DNA of 64,000 nucleotides, from contig CADEFD010000005.1 of the NCBI GenBank assembly GCA_902826515.1, positions 9,690 through 73,689 of the forward strand. Direction: 5' to 3'. The stretch comes from an uncultured Acidobacteriota bacterium (GTDB taxonomy: Bacteria > Acidobacteriota > Vicinamibacteria > Vicinamibacterales > UBA2999). Positions within the stretch are counted from its first letter, which is position 1. Every line of letters begins with the position of its first letter. The translations under genes and the position numbers were made by a program. Positions 19,628-30,096 of the stretch are shown here, piece after piece. The notes under the pieces are model-generated. The model saw only the letters and a program-made list of their open reading frames with translations, was not told where the DNA came from and ran no database searches.

Positions 19628-20845
19628 ATGATCCGCCGCCTCGTCCTCACGCTCGCGCTGGCCGCGCTGGCCCTCGGCCAGTCCCCCGCCCTCGACGCGC
19701 AGACCGACGCCGTCACCATCCGCGCGCCGCGCATGATCGACGGCCGCGGCGGCGAACGCGCCGACGTGCTCGTGACCGTGAAGGACGGCAAGATCCGGGT
19801 GCTCGGTCCGGCGACCGGTCCGGCCGCCTACGACCTGACCGGCCTCACGCTGCTGCCCGGCTTCATCGACACCCACGTGCACATCGGCTGGCACTTCGAT
19901 GCCAACGGCCGCTACGCCACGGGGCCAGAGCCCGCCGACCAGGCCGTGCTCTACGCGGCCGAGAACGCGTGGGTCACGATGATGGCCGGCTTCACCACGA
20001 TCCAGAGCGTGGGTTCGCCCGGTGACAAGGCGCTGCGCGATGCCATCAACCGCGGCGTGCTCCCCGGCCCGCGCCTGTTGAGCTCGCTCGGTCAGATCTC
20101 GAATCCGAAGCTGACGCCCGACGAACTGCGCGGCCTCGTGCGGAAGTTCAAGGCCGACGGCGCCGACCTCGTGAAGATCTTCGCTTCGGCCAGCATCCGC
20201 GACGGCGGCGTACCCACGCTGTCGCAGGCGCAGCTCGACGCGGTCTGCGGCGAAGCGCGGGCGGAGGGCCTGCGGTCCATGGTGCACGCCCACGCGCCCG
20301 AGGCGATGATGCGCGCCGCGCGCGCCGGCTGCACGGTGGTGGAACACGGCGGCCTCGCGAACGCCGAGGCGCTGGCGCTCCTTGCCGAGAAGGGCGTGTG
20401 GTTCGATCCGAACATCGGCCTCGTCACGCAGAACTACCTGGAGAACCGCGCGAAGTTCCTCGGCATCGGCAACTACACCGACGAAGGGTTCGCGTCGATG
20501 GAAAAGGCCCTCGGTTTCAAGGACGCGATGTTCTCGGCCGCGCTCAAGACGAAGAACCTGAAGATGGTGATGGGCACGGACGCGGTGGCCGGCGCTCACG
20601 GGCAGAACATGCGCGAGATCGTCGAGCGCGTGAAGTCGGGTCAGGCGCCGATGGACGCGATCAAGTCGCTGACGTCGCTCGCCGCCGAATCGATGAAGCT
20701 GCACCATGAGATCGGCGCCATCTACCCGGGGCACAACGCGGATCTCGTGGCCGTCGAGGGCAATCCGCTGACCGACATCACCGCGCTGCAGCGCGTGCGT
20801 TTCGTGATGCGGAACGGCGTCGTCTACAAGTTCGAGAAGCACTGA
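19628..20845 (+). CDS. Secreted amidohydrolase-family (metal-dependent hydrolase) protein
   Basis: Signal peptide MIRRLVLTLALAALALGQSPALDA. Metal-binding motif LLPGFIDTHVHIGWH. C-terminal motif PGHNADLVAVEGNPLTDI. Confidence 0.8.
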   Translation: MIRRLVLTLALAALALGQSPALDAQTDAVTIRAPRMIDGRGGERADVLVTVKDGKIRVLGPATGPAAYDLTGLTLLPGFIDTHVHIGWHFDANGRYATGPEPADQAVLYAAENAWVTMMAGFTTIQSVGSPGDKALRDAINRGVLPGPRLLSSLGQISNPKLTPDELRGLVRKFKADGADLVKIFASASIRDGGVPTLSQAQLDAVCGEARAEGLRSMVHAHAPEAMMRAARAGCTVVEHGGLANAEALALLAEKGVWFDPNIGLVTQNYLENRAKFLGIGNYTDEGFASMEKALGFKDAMFSAALKTKNLKMVMGTDAVAGAHGQNMREIVERVKSGQAPMDAIKSLTSLAAESMKLHHEIGAIYPGHNADLVAVEGNPLTDITALQRVRFVMRNGVVYKFEKH

Positions 20846-20850
20846 CAACG

Positions 20851-23202
20851 ATGCGCGCCATGATCGCGGCACTCGTGACGGTGGTGGCCTTCGCCGCCGT
20901 GTCGCCTGTCGCCGCCCAGCCGGTGCGTTACGTCGTCGCCGGACATGTGGAGTTCTCGTCCGGACAGGTCGCGACGGATCTCGCAGTCGCCCTGGTGGCA
21001 GGTGACGATGTCGTCGTCAGTACAACGACCGACGGCTCCGGGCGTTTCGCATTTCGAGACGTCGCCCCTGGCCGCTACTACATCGACGCACGCGTCGGAA
21101 CGCTCGGCAGCTGGGACGCGTACATCGATGTGGGCCCCGGCATGCCCGTCGACCTCACAGTCAGCCTGCACCTGATGGATGACGTCACCGTCCAGGGCGC
21201 GCGTCTCCCGATAAGCCGATCGGCGGAGCAGACAAGCGCCCGCGAACTCGAAGGCCGGCCGCTACGCCTGCAGAGCCGCGCCTTGCCCCAGGCGCTGGCG
21301 GCGGCACCGGGCTGGGCCGAGGAAGACAACGGCCTGCTGCACGTGCGCGGCGTCGACGACGGCGTGCTGTTCGTCGAGGACGGCATCCCCGTCTACGACC
21401 GCGTGGACGTCGCGTTCGGCATCCCGCCGTCGCTCGCAGCCGCCGGCACGGTGGCGATCGGCACCGGTCACACCTCCGCGCGTTACGGCCTGAAGTCCGG
21501 CGCCGTGGTGTGGGTGGATTCCCCGCCGGCGCCGAGACGCTGGCTCGGCGACGTGCAGACCGGCACGGGCAGCAGCGCACTCGGCAGCGCCACCGCGTCC
21601 ACGGGCGGCCCGCTCGGCGGCGGCGTCGACATGTTCGTCGCCACCGCGACCGAACGGTCGGAGCGCTTCCTCGATCCGGTGCACCCCGACAACCTCCACA
21701 ACACCGGCGGCGTCGCCGCGGGTTCCCTGCGCCTGCGCCGCGGCCTCGGCACCTGGGGCCAGGTGACCGCGCTCGGCCGGACGGGCCGCGCTCTGTACGA
21801 CGTGCCGCACGGCGACGAACAGGACGAGGCCGGTCAGGATCAGCGGCAGCGCATCGCGCAGCGCGCTGGTTCCATCGCGTGGCAACAGGCCATCGGCGCC
21901 TCGAACGCCGTGCAGGTGGGCGGCTATCTGCGCCACGTCGACGCGCGGCTGCTGCCCTCGGACGCGAGCACGCCGATCACCGCCGCGTCCGACCGGCAGC
22001 ACGATCGCCAGGGTGTGCTGGCCTCGTGGAGCCGCGCCATGGGCCGCCACTCGCTGGCGGTTGGTGGCGAAGCGGCGCGCCTGGCGCTGCGCGAGGACTT
22101 CACGTTCGCCGTCACCGACGACGACGCCGACGACCTCTCGGACGCCGCCCGCGCCTTCACGCGCCGCCGGCCGTTCCTCTTCAGCGACCGCGTGACACGC
22201 ACGCAGTGGTCGGCGTTCGCCGAGGATCGCGTCGACGTCGGGCCGCTCTCGCTCGACCTCGGCCTGCGCTACGACCGTACGGAACTGCTGGTCGAGGCCT
22301 CGCAGTGGAGTCCGCGGCTTGGCGCCGCCCTGACCTCTCCAACCCTCGGATTCACATGGCGGCTGTCGTTCAACCGCTTCTTCCAGCCGCCGCAGGCCGA
22401 GCACCTGCTGCTCGCCTCGTCCGAGGCGGCGCGCGCACTGTCGCCCTTTGTCGACGACGACGATGCCGACTCCGGCGGCGCGGCGATCGCGCCGGAACGC
22501 ACCAGCGCGTGGGAGCTCGGCTGGGACCAGCGCCTGCCCGCGGGACTGCGAGTGGACATCGGGGCCTGGCGCCGCCGGGTGAAGAACTACACCGACCCGA
22601 ACGTGTTCTTCGGCACCACGATCGTGTTCCCGAACAGCGTGGCACGCGGCACGGCGCGCGGCCTCGACGTGCGGCTCTCGCTGCCCTCCCGGCGCGGCTG
22701 GTCGGGGTCGGCCAGCTACACGCTGTCGAAGGTGGAACAGGAAGGGCCGATCAACGGCGGCCTGTTCCTCGAAGACGACATCGACCAGATCGGCCCGGGC
22801 GTGGTCTTCACGCCAGACCACGATCAACGCCACGTCGGCGCGGCCACCGTCAGCTGGGTGCAGCCGGTCGGGCGCTGGTCGGCGTCGGCACAGGCCCGCT
22901 ACAGCAGCGGCACACCGCTCGAAGTCGGCGAACTCGACGACGACGACCTCGCGGACCTGCTGGAACGTCCCGGCGCGGATCTGATCGACGTCGCGCGCGG
23001 CCGCGTCAAGCCGCGCCTCGTCGTGGACATCGCGGCCTCGGCGCGCCTGCTCCGCGCCGGCCGCGCGCAGCTCTCGCTGGGCGCCAGCGTGCTGAACGCC
23101 TTCAATCGCGCCTACGCCTTCAACTTCGGGAATCCCTTCAGCGGCACCCACTTCGGTGCCCCGCGGCAGTTTCGCGTCGACCTCCGCGTCCGCATCAACT
23201 AG
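20851..23202 (+). CDS. TonB-dependent receptor-like outer-membrane protein with N-terminal carboxypeptidase-regulatory-like domain
   Basis: Signal peptide MRAMIAALVTVVAFAAVSPVAAQ. CarboxypepD_reg-like segment SGRFAFRDVAPGRYYIDARV. Plug-like segment LLHVRGVDDGVLFVEDGIPVYD. Long beta-strand-rich C-terminus. Confidence 0.7.
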   Translation: MRAMIAALVTVVAFAAVSPVAAQPVRYVVAGHVEFSSGQVATDLAVALVAGDDVVVSTTTDGSGRFAFRDVAPGRYYIDARVGTLGSWDAYIDVGPGMPVDLTVSLHLMDDVTVQGARLPISRSAEQTSARELEGRPLRLQSRALPQALAAAPGWAEEDNGLLHVRGVDDGVLFVEDGIPVYDRVDVAFGIPPSLAAAGTVAIGTGHTSARYGLKSGAVVWVDSPPAPRRWLGDVQTGTGSSALGSATASTGGPLGGGVDMFVATATERSERFLDPVHPDNLHNTGGVAAGSLRLRRGLGTWGQVTALGRTGRALYDVPHGDEQDEAGQDQRQRIAQRAGSIAWQQAIGASNAVQVGGYLRHVDARLLPSDASTPITAASDRQHDRQGVLASWSRAMGRHSLAVGGEAARLALREDFTFAVTDDDADDLSDAARAFTRRRPFLFSDRVTRTQWSAFAEDRVDVGPLSLDLGLRYDRTELLVEASQWSPRLGAALTSPTLGFTWRLSFNRFFQPPQAEHLLLASSEAARALSPFVDDDDADSGGAAIAPERTSAWELGWDQRLPAGLRVDIGAWRRRVKNYTDPNVFFGTTIVFPNSVARGTARGLDVRLSLPSRRGWSGSASYTLSKVEQEGPINGGLFLEDDIDQIGPGVVFTPDHDQRHVGAATVSWVQPVGRWSASAQARYSSGTPLEVGELDDDDLADLLERPGADLIDVARGRVKPRLVVDIAASARLLRAGRAQLSLGASVLNAFNRAYAFNFGNPFSGTHFGAPRQFRVDLRVRIN

Positions 23203-24317
23203 CCGAGCGCGTCGCGCAGCGCGTCGGCGGCGGTCGCGAGATCCTCGTCGGTCGTGTAGACGTGCACCGACGCGCGCACGCGGCCGAACTCGCCGGTCAC
23301 GAGCACGTCGGCCTCTTCGAGCGCCTCGCGCACGGCCTGCGGGTCCGCATGTTCGAAGGCGATGCTCGCGGCGCGCGCGGCGGCCGGCTCCGGCGTCATC
23401 ACCGGCACGCCGAGGCCCGCAAGGCGCTGACGCAGCGCGCCCGACATCGCCAGTGTGTGCGCCTCGATCCGCTCCATGCCGAGCCCGGCGATGTAGTCGA
23501 GTGACTGATCGAGCACGTAGAGCGCCGGATAGGCCGGGTTTCCAGGCTCGAACACCTGCCCGGTGGACTTCACGTGCACCGGCCCCGGCTCCTCGAGCGG
23601 CGGACGCGACTCCACCGAATGCCAGCCGGTGAGCCGCGGCCGCCAGTCGGGCACGCGGCGGCGGTTCCACGACGCAATCGCCACGCCATGCACGCCGAGC
23701 AGGAACTTGTAGCAGCAGCCGAAGAGCACGTCGGCCACCGACGCATCCACGCGCACCGAGCCGAGCGCGTGCGACGCGTCCACCACGAAGAGCGCGCCGG
23801 CCTTGTGCGCGAGCTCGGCGTAGGCCTCGAGATTCTTGCGTTCGCCGGTCAGATACGAGACATGACTCACGGCGACCACGCGCGTGCGGCTGTCGATGGC
23901 GGCGGCGACACGGGCGAGCGGCGCCTGCCAGCCGCTGCTCGGCGCGACGGTGCGCACCTCCACGCCGTGCCGCGCCTGCGCCAGCCACGGATTCATCAGG
24001 GAGGGGAACTCCCAGCGCTCCATCACCACGTTGTCGCCGGCGCGCCAGTCGAGCGAGTCGGCGAGCAGGCTCACGCCGTGCGCCACGCTCGAGGGAAAGC
24101 CGATGTCGCCGGGGTCCGCGTGCACGAGCGCCGCGACCTTGGAGGCCACCCGCGCCCGCACCGCCTCGTTCAGGCGCTGGCCGGCGAGGCCCGTGCCCTT
24201 GGCGCGCGCGGCGCGTTCGAGCGCAGCGAGTGTCGAGCCGAGCACGGGCGACTGCCCGCCCGCGGCGAGATGCGTCACACCGTCGAGGTTGATGAAGTCG
24301 GAGGCTGGGGCAATCAC
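23199..24317 (-). CDS. Class-V aminotransferase / cysteine desulfurase-like PLP enzyme
   Basis: GTG start (VIAPASDFINLDG). Family segments VVAVSHVSYLTGERK and FVVDASHALG. PLP-Lys context GCCYKFLLG. Only the C-terminal 372 aa of ORF 23199..24569 is used. Confidence 0.7.
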   Translation of the reverse strand: MIAPASDFINLDGVTHLAAGGQSPVLGSTLAALERAARAKGTGLAGQRLNEAVRARVASKVAALVHADPGDIGFPSSVAHGVSLLADSLDWRAGDNVVMERWEFPSLMNPWLAQARHGVEVRTVAPSSGWQAPLARVAAAIDSRTRVVAVSHVSYLTGERKNLEAYAELAHKAGALFVVDASHALGSVRVDASVADVLFGCCYKFLLGVHGVAIASWNRRRVPDWRPRLTGWHSVESRPPLEEPGPVHVKSTGQVFEPGNPAYPALYVLDQSLDYIAGLGMERIEAHTLAMSGALRQRLAGLGVPVMTPEPAAARAASIAFEHADPQAVREALEEADVLVTGEFGRVRASVHVYTTDEDLATAADALRDALG

Positions 24318-24358
24318 GGCGCGATTGTCGCACGCGCCTGCCCGCGCGCGGCACGCGC

Positions 24359-24784
24359 TCAGTCGAAGGTCAGCACCGCGAAGACCACCACCAGGATCGA
24401 GCTCACGAGGCTCGCCACGCCGATGCGCGGCAGCATCGCCGCGGCGGCGGCATCGCCCCGCCGCGCTTTCGCCTGGAAGGCGTGCGACGCACCCACCGCC
24501 AGCGTGAGCAGCACGACGAAGCCGAGCTTGGCGTGGAACTGCCACGGCAGGGCGCCGAAGCCGCCCCACTTCGTGAACGTCAGCATGAAGCCGGTGGCCC
24601 AGAGCAGCAGCAGGCCGCTGCCCCCGACCTGGGCCATCACCGGCCCGATGCGCACGAGTCCGCGCGCCTCCGCCGGATCGGCGCCGGCCAGCAGGCCGCG
24701 CAGCACGAGGCCCACGACCGACGCCGCGAGCCCCATGCCGAGCCCGAGGAAATGAAGAACGAGGAGCAGCTGGTTGAGGTCCAT
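24359..24784 (-). CDS. Small integral membrane protein (4 predicted TM), function unknown
   Basis: MDLNQLLLVLHFLGLGMGLAASVVGLVL... is hydrophobic throughout. Codon usage looks coding. Confidence 0.5.
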   Translation of the reverse strand: MDLNQLLLVLHFLGLGMGLAASVVGLVLRGLLAGADPAEARGLVRIGPVMAQVGGSGLLLLWATGFMLTFTKWGGFGALPWQFHAKLGFVVLLTLAVGASHAFQAKARRGDAAAAAMLPRIGVASLVSSILVVVFAVLTFD

Positions 24785-24806
24785 ATGTGAGTCTGACGCA
24801 CGAGGT

Positions 24807-26087
24807 TCAGGGTTGACGGTAGACGCGGCCGTCCTTCATCACGAAGCGAACCTGCCGCAGCGCCGCGAGGTCGCGCGTGGGGTCGCCGGCCACGGCGATG
24901 AGGTCGGCGAAGAGTCCCGGCTTCACCGCGCCCAGCCTGTCTGCGATGTGGAAGGTCGCCGCGTTGCCGGATGTCGCGATGCGCGTGGCCTCGGCGGGCG
25001 TCACGCCGGCCGCCACCATCATCTCGAGCTCGCGCAGGTTGTCGCCGTGCGGATAGACGCCCACGTCGCCGCCGAAGCAGAGATTCACGCCGGCCTTCAT
25101 CGCCGCCTGGAAGGTGCGGCGTTTCTCCGCGAGACGCGCCGGCTCCGGCTCCTGCCCCTTCTTCCAGCCGGCGTACTGCGCGGTGGCATCCGGCGCGGCG
25201 AGTGTCGGGCAATAGGTGACGCCCTTCTCCTTCATGAGCGCCCACACCTCGGGCGTGCCGGCATCGCCGTGATCGATCGTCTCGACGCCGCCGAGCACGG
25301 CGCGGCGCATGCCTTCGGCCGTGCCGGCATGTGCGGCCACATAACGGCCGCTGCTCTTCGCCACGGCGACGATCGCGGCGATCTCCTCGATCGAAAAGGT
25401 GGGCCGCGCCTCGCCGTTCGGGCCCCAGCGGTAGTCGGCGTAGATCTTCACGAAGTCGATGCCGTGGCCGATCTGGTTGCGCGCGACGCGCGTCACCCCT
25501 TCGATGCCGTCCGCTTCCTCCGCGCCCTGCGGCACGGTCATCTCGGGCGCGAAGCCCTTCGGCCCGTACGTGCCGGTCGCCACCATCGCCGGACCGCTCA
25601 CGAGCATGCGGGGACCGGGAATGATGCCGTCGTCGATCGATTTCCTGAGGCCGATGTCGGCATACCCGGCGCCTTCCGTGCCCAGATCGCGCACCGTCGT
25701 GATGCCGGCCATGAGCGTGTCGCGCGCGCTCACCGTGGCGCGGGCCACGCGGTAGGCCACCGACTCGCGCAGTACCTGGTCGTTCCAGGTCACTTCGTTG
25801 TAGGGATGCAACAGCAGGTGCGAGTGGCCTTCGATGAGACCGGGCATCAGGGTCAGCCCTGGCAGCGCCACACGCGCCGCGCCGGCCGGCACCGGGAGCG
25901 AGGCGATCGGTCCGGCCGCCTCGATCGTGCGGCCGCGCACCACGACGCCCCAGCCTTCGTGCATCACCGTGCCGTCGTAGACGCGCGCCGGCTGCAGCAC
26001 CGTGACGGCCGGCGGCGTCTGTGCGCCGGCGACGGACGCGCCGCACAGGACGAGCAGGGCAAGAACGAGAGGTCGGGCGCGACGCAT
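24807..26087 (-). CDS. Secreted amidohydrolase-family protein
   Basis: Signal peptide [23 protein letters not shown]. Metal motif [17 protein letters not shown]-terminal motif [19 protein letters not shown]. Confidence 0.8.
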   Translation of the reverse strand: MRRARPLVLALLVLCGASVAGAQTPPAVTVLQPARVYDGTVMHEGWGVVVRGRTIEAAGPIASLPVPAGAARVALPGLTLMPGLIEGHSHLLLHPYNEVTWNDQVLRESVAYRVARATVSARDTLMAGITTVRDLGTEGAGYADIGLRKSIDDGIIPGPRMLVSGPAMVATGTYGPKGFAPEMTVPQGAEEADGIEGVTRVARNQIGHGIDFVKIYADYRWGPNGEARPTFSIEEIAAIVAVAKSSGRYVAAHAGTAEGMRRAVLGGVETIDHGDAGTPEVWALMKEKGVTYCPTLAAPDATAQYAGWKKGQEPEPARLAEKRRTFQAAMKAGVNLCFGGDVGVYPHGDNLRELEMMVAAGVTPAEATRIATSGNAATFHIADRLGAVKPGLFADLIAVAGDPTRDLAALRQVRFVMKDGRVYRQP

Positions 26088-26156
26088 GCACACACTCCTT
26101 GGCGGACGGCGGATCCGCGGCCCGTCCGGGCGGGTCAAGTTTAGCGCGGCGGCCGA

Positions 26157-26165
26157 TGGTACGAT
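26157..26165 (+). promoter_or_regulatory. Candidate extended -10 (TGgTACGAT)
   Basis: TGGTACGAT lies 7 nt before ATG 26173. If this promoter is used, it would exclude ATG 26164 and make the oxidoreductase mRNA leaderless. Confidence 0.3.
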
Positions 26166-27348
26166 GCCGGCGATGGATTCCGCGGATATCGTGATCGTCG
26201 GCGGCGGCTGCATGGGCGCCGCGACGGCGTACTACCTGACGCAGCACGGGGCCGGCTCGGTCGTGCTCGTCGAACGCGACACCCAGCTCGGCACGGGGTC
26301 GACCGGCCGCAACGCCGGCGGCGTGCGCCACCAGTTCTCCGACCCGGCCAACATCGCGCTGTCGCGCGAGTCGATCGCCCTCTTCGAGCGGTTCGAGGCG
26401 GAGGTCGGGAGCGCGATCGACTTCTGGCAGGACGGCTATCTCTTCCTGTTGTCGTCCGAGGCGAGTGCCGCACGCTTCCGCGAGAGCGTGGCACTGCAGC
26501 GGTCGCTCGGCCTCGAGGTCGACTGGCTCACCGGCGATGAGGCGGCGCGGATGACGCCGGGCCTCGATGCCACCGGTGTCGTCGCCGCGACCTTCTGCGC
26601 GAAGGACGGCATCACCGATCCGAACGGCGTCACGATGGGCTTCGCGAAGGCGGCGCAGGCGCGCGGCCTCACGATCCTGCGCGACACGGAGGTGACGGGC
26701 CTCGACGTCGAACATGGCCGCATCGCGCGCGTGCGGACCTCGCGCGGCGACATCGCCACACGCACCGTGGTCAATGCCGCGGGGCCATGGGCCGCGCAGG
26801 TGGCGGCGCTTGCCGGTGTCACGCTGCCGGTCACACCCGAGCGGCGTCACATCTTCATTGCGCATCCGGAAGCAGGCGCCGGCTGGGACGATCGGCGCTT
26901 TGCCGGCCGTACGCCGGCCTCGCGCCTCATGGTCATCGACTTCGACACGACGTTCTACTTCCACCGTGAAGGCGCCGGGCTCCTCTTCGGCATGGGCGAT
27001 CCGACAGAACGCCCCGGGTTCGATCTCACCGTGAAATGGGACTTCCTGCCCGAGGTCACGGAGGTGGCGGCGCGCCGGCTGCCGGCGCTCGTCGATGCCG
27101 CCGTCACCCACGCCTGGGCCGGCCTCTACGAGATGACGCCCGATCACAACCCGGTCATCGGCCCGCTCGGACTCGACGGCTTCTACGGCATCGCCGGCTT
27201 CAGCGGCCACGGTTTCCAGCAGGCGCCGGCCGCGGGTCGTGTGCTGGCTGACGTGATGCTCGGCCGCGATCCACACTTCGATCTGGCGCCCTTCACTTTC
27301 GCGCGCTTCGCCGCCGGCCCGTCCGCCGGCGAACACAACATCGTCTAG
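26164..27348 (+). CDS. FAD-dependent oxidoreductase (DAO / sarcosine-oxidase-beta-like)
   Basis: Rossmann motif [18 protein letters not shown]. Family segments [14 protein letters not shown] and [14 protein letters not shown]. Alternative in-frame start at ATG 26173. Confidence 0.8.
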   Translation: MPAMDSADIVIVGGGCMGAATAYYLTQHGAGSVVLVERDTQLGTGSTGRNAGGVRHQFSDPANIALSRESIALFERFEAEVGSAIDFWQDGYLFLLSSEASAARFRESVALQRSLGLEVDWLTGDEAARMTPGLDATGVVAATFCAKDGITDPNGVTMGFAKAAQARGLTILRDTEVTGLDVEHGRIARVRTSRGDIATRTVVNAAGPWAAQVAALAGVTLPVTPERRHIFIAHPEAGAGWDDRRFAGRTPASRLMVIDFDTTFYFHREGAGLLFGMGDPTERPGFDLTVKWDFLPEVTEVAARRLPALVDAAVTHAWAGLYEMTPDHNPVIGPLGLDGFYGIAGFSGHGFQQAPAAGRVLADVMLGRDPHFDLAPFTFARFAAGPSAGEHNIV

Positions 27349-27357
27349 CCCACCGCG

Positions 27358-28581
27358 ATGCACGCCGCCAATCTTTCGCCGGTCCCGCACGCGGGCCGGA
27401 CGCAGTCGGGCTGGGATCTGTTCCTGGTCTTTGCGGCCGCCAACATCGTAGCCACGACGCTGCAGGTGGGCGCGTCGCTCGGCGCCGGCCTCTCGCCCGG
27501 CCGCCTGTTTCTTGCCGTGGGCATCGGCAGCGTCGTCGGCGCCGCCCTCGTGGCGGCGCTCGCCCCGGTGGGCTCGCGGCTGGGTGTGCCGTCGATGGTC
27601 GCGGCCCGCGCCGTGCTCGGTCACACCGGCGCGCACCTCGTCGCGGCCGTGCTCTTCCTCACGAACTTCGCCTGGATCGCCGTGAACAACGCGATCGCCG
27701 CCTCGGTGGCCGCGCGGATGCTGCCGCTGCCGCTCGACGAACGCACGTGGGCGCTCGTCGTGGGCCTCATCTCCACGGCGGTCGTCGCCGGCGGACCGCT
27801 GGCCGTGCGGCGCGCCGATCGCTGGGCGGTGCCGCTCATGGGAGTGGCGGGCGTGGCCGTGACGTGGGTGGTGCTGCGGCTGCCGGCCGCTCCGCCGCCG
27901 CCCGCCGAGGCGGTGGCGCTGCCGCTGCCGCTGCTGCTCGACATCGTGATCGGCTATCAGGTGTCGTGGCTGCTGATGTTCGCCGACTACTCCCGCTTCA
28001 CCGCGAAGGCGCGCACGAGCGGCGTGGCCGTGTTCCTCGGCCTGGCGCTCACGGCGGTGTGGCTGATGCCGCTCGGCTGGCGCCTGGCCCGGCATGCGGG
28101 CAGCGCCGACCCCGGCGCGATGCTGGCCGCGGCCGATGCCGGCACGGCGGCCGCCGTGCTCATCGTGCTGGCCACCATCACGACCAACTTCGTGAACATC
28201 TACCTCTCGTCGCTCGCGTGGCGCAGCGTCGTGCCCGCCGTGGGCAGCGGCGCCGCCGTGTGGATCGTGGGCCTCATCGGCACCGGACTCGGCCTGACCG
28301 GCGGCTGGCTCGACCGCTTCGCCGGCTTCATGACACTTGTCGGGTCGGTACTCGTGCCGGTCGGCGGCGTGCTGCTCGCCCACTTCGTGCTGCGGCCGCG
28401 GCCGGTCGAGATCGCGGCGCTCTACGATCCGCACGGGCCGCTCGCCGGAATCCGCTGGCCGGGCATCGTGGCCTGGGCGGCCGGCGTGGCGATGTACTAC
28501 CTGATGGCGGGCGGGGCCACCGTGCCGAGCCTCGTCGCCGCCATCGCCGCCTACCTGCTGCTCACCCGCCGTCTGAGGTAG
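27358..28581 (+). CDS. NCS1 / cytosine-purine permease-like transporter
   Basis: 12-TM-type protein. The N-terminal region WDLFLVFAAANIVATTLQVGASLG...NFAWIAVNNAIAAS resembles CodB/CytX-type permeases. Confidence 0.65.
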   Translation: MHAANLSPVPHAGRTQSGWDLFLVFAAANIVATTLQVGASLGAGLSPGRLFLAVGIGSVVGAALVAALAPVGSRLGVPSMVAARAVLGHTGAHLVAAVLFLTNFAWIAVNNAIAASVAARMLPLPLDERTWALVVGLISTAVVAGGPLAVRRADRWAVPLMGVAGVAVTWVVLRLPAAPPPPAEAVALPLPLLLDIVIGYQVSWLLMFADYSRFTAKARTSGVAVFLGLALTAVWLMPLGWRLARHAGSADPGAMLAAADAGTAAAVLIVLATITTNFVNIYLSSLAWRSVVPAVGSGAAVWIVGLIGTGLGLTGGWLDRFAGFMTLVGSVLVPVGGVLLAHFVLRPRPVEIAALYDPHGPLAGIRWPGIVAWAAGVAMYYLMAGGATVPSLVAAIAAYLLLTRRLR

Positions 28582-28590
28582 ATTGCAGGC

Positions 28591-30096
28591 GTGGACGGGA
28601 CGTTCGACGTCGTCATCGTCGGCGCCGGCATCAACGGCGCCGCGGTGTGTCATGCGCTGACGTCCGCCGGTTACCGCGTGCTGCTGGTCGATCAGGGCGA
28701 TTTCGGCGGCGGCACGAGCCAGGCGTCCACGATGCTCATCTGGGGCGGCCTGCTCTATCTGAAGAACCTCGAGCTGGCCACGGTGCTGGCCCTGACCCGC
28801 GACCGCGATCGCCTGGTGGCCGAACACGCCGCGAGCGTGCAGGCGCGGCCCCTGCTCTACGTGCCGTCGGGCGGACCGCCGCGGGTCGTCGTCGAAAGTG
28901 CGCTCGCCGCCTATTGGGTGATGGGCGCCGGCAAACGCGCCCGGCCGCGTCGACTCGACGGCTATGACGAGCAGACCCACCTGGTCGCGGCAGGCGCCGC
29001 CTACGCGATTGAGGAGGCCGCACTCGTCACATCGGACGCCCGCTTCGTGCTCGAATGGGCGCTCGCGGCCGAACGCCTCGGCGCCGACATCCGCAACCAC
29101 GTCCGCGTGGACGCCATCGACAGCGCCGGTCCGAAGGCCGGATGGCGGCTGCGCCTCTGCGACGGACTGACCGGCGTCACCTCGGAGGTCCGCGCGCGGA
29201 TGGTCGTGAACGCGGCCGGCTGCTCGACCGACGCCGTGAACGACCGGGCCGGCATCACGTCGCCGTGGCGTCATCTCTTCAGCCGCGGCGTCTCGCTGGC
29301 CTTTCCGCGGCCGGCCTGGCACACGCGCCACCTCGTGCTCGACAGCGCCGACGGCGACGTGATGACACTGGCGCCGTGGGGCCCGGTGTCGCTGTGGGGT
29401 TCCACCGACACCGTGCACGCCGAACTCGCCGTCGCGCAGCGGCCGGCCGAGGTGGACGTCACACGTCTGCTCACGGAACTCAACCGGCACCTGCGCGCGC
29501 CGCTCGCGCGGCGTGACGTCATCTCGCTGCGCACCGGCGTGCGGCCGGTGGCGGTACGGCGTGACGCGACGGCGCCGAACGCGTCGCAGGCGCTGACCCG
29601 CCATCACCGCCTGCACCTCGACGGCTCGGAGCCCTGGGTCAGTGTGTACGGCGGCAAGCTGAGCGGCTGCCTCGGGCTCGCCGCCGAGGTGCGCGACCTG
29701 GTGGCCCAGCGCGTGTCTCCACGCCACCGTGCGCCGCTGCCGCGCGCCGCAGGGCACGACGTCGCCCCCCGCGTCACCACGACGTTCCCGACACTCGCCG
29801 AGCCGGTGGTGTCAGCTGCCTGGGCGGCCGCCCACGAGCACTGCGCCTCGCTCGACGACTACCTGCGCCGGCGCACCAACATCGCGCAGTGGGTGCCGCG
29901 CGGCGGCTTCGGCGCCGACGGCGAGCATGCCGACGCCCTCGAGCGCATCGCCCTCGAGATCCACGATGGCGACACCGGACTTGCCGAACGCGACCTGGCG
30001 CGGTACTGGCACCAGGTGTCGGTCACCGAGGACCTGCTGACACACACGCACCTGCCGGACGCGCCGCGCGCCTCCGCGCAGTGGAGACGGTTATGA
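28591..30096 (+). CDS. FAD-dependent glycerol-3-phosphate-dehydrogenase-like (GlpD-like) oxidoreductase
   Basis: GTG start. FDVVIVGAGINGAAVCHALTSAGYRVLLVDQGDFGGGTSQASTMLIWGGLLYL matches the GlpD N-terminal signature. Confidence 0.7.
   Translation: MDGTFDVVIVGAGINGAAVCHALTSAGYRVLLVDQGDFGGGTSQASTMLIWGGLLYLKNLELATVLALTRDRDRLVAEHAASVQARPLLYVPSGGPPRVVVESALAAYWVMGAGKRARPRRLDGYDEQTHLVAAGAAYAIEEAALVTSDARFVLEWALAAERLGADIRNHVRVDAIDSAGPKAGWRLRLCDGLTGVTSEVRARMVVNAAGCSTDAVNDRAGITSPWRHLFSRGVSLAFPRPAWHTRHLVLDSADGDVMTLAPWGPVSLWGSTDTVHAELAVAQRPAEVDVTRLLTELNRHLRAPLARRDVISLRTGVRPVAVRRDATAPNASQALTRHHRLHLDGSEPWVSVYGGKLSGCLGLAAEVRDLVAQRVSPRHRAPLPRAAGHDVAPRVTTTFPTLAEPVVSAAWAAAHEHCASLDDYLRRRTNIAQWVPRGGFGADGEHADALERIALEIHDGDTGLAERDLARYWHQVSVTEDLLTHTHLPDAPRASAQWRRL

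Noticed and set aside
16328-24354. Long ORFs 16328..18754 (+), 19145..20872 (-) and 21262..24354 (-).
   Set aside because: They lie antisense to the ClC channel, the amidohydrolase and the TonB-dependent receptor/aminotransferase genes respectively. No motifs are present, and the composition is characteristic of shadow frames.
24637-29757. A 1706-aa minus-strand ORF, the longest non-NRPS ORF in the track.
   Set aside because: It runs antisense or out of frame across six well-supported genes (membrane protein, amidohydrolase, FAD oxidoreductase, permease, GlpD-like). The translation is low-complexity and rich in R/G/H/D/A/P, with no recognisable motif. This is a typical GC-rich shadow ORF.
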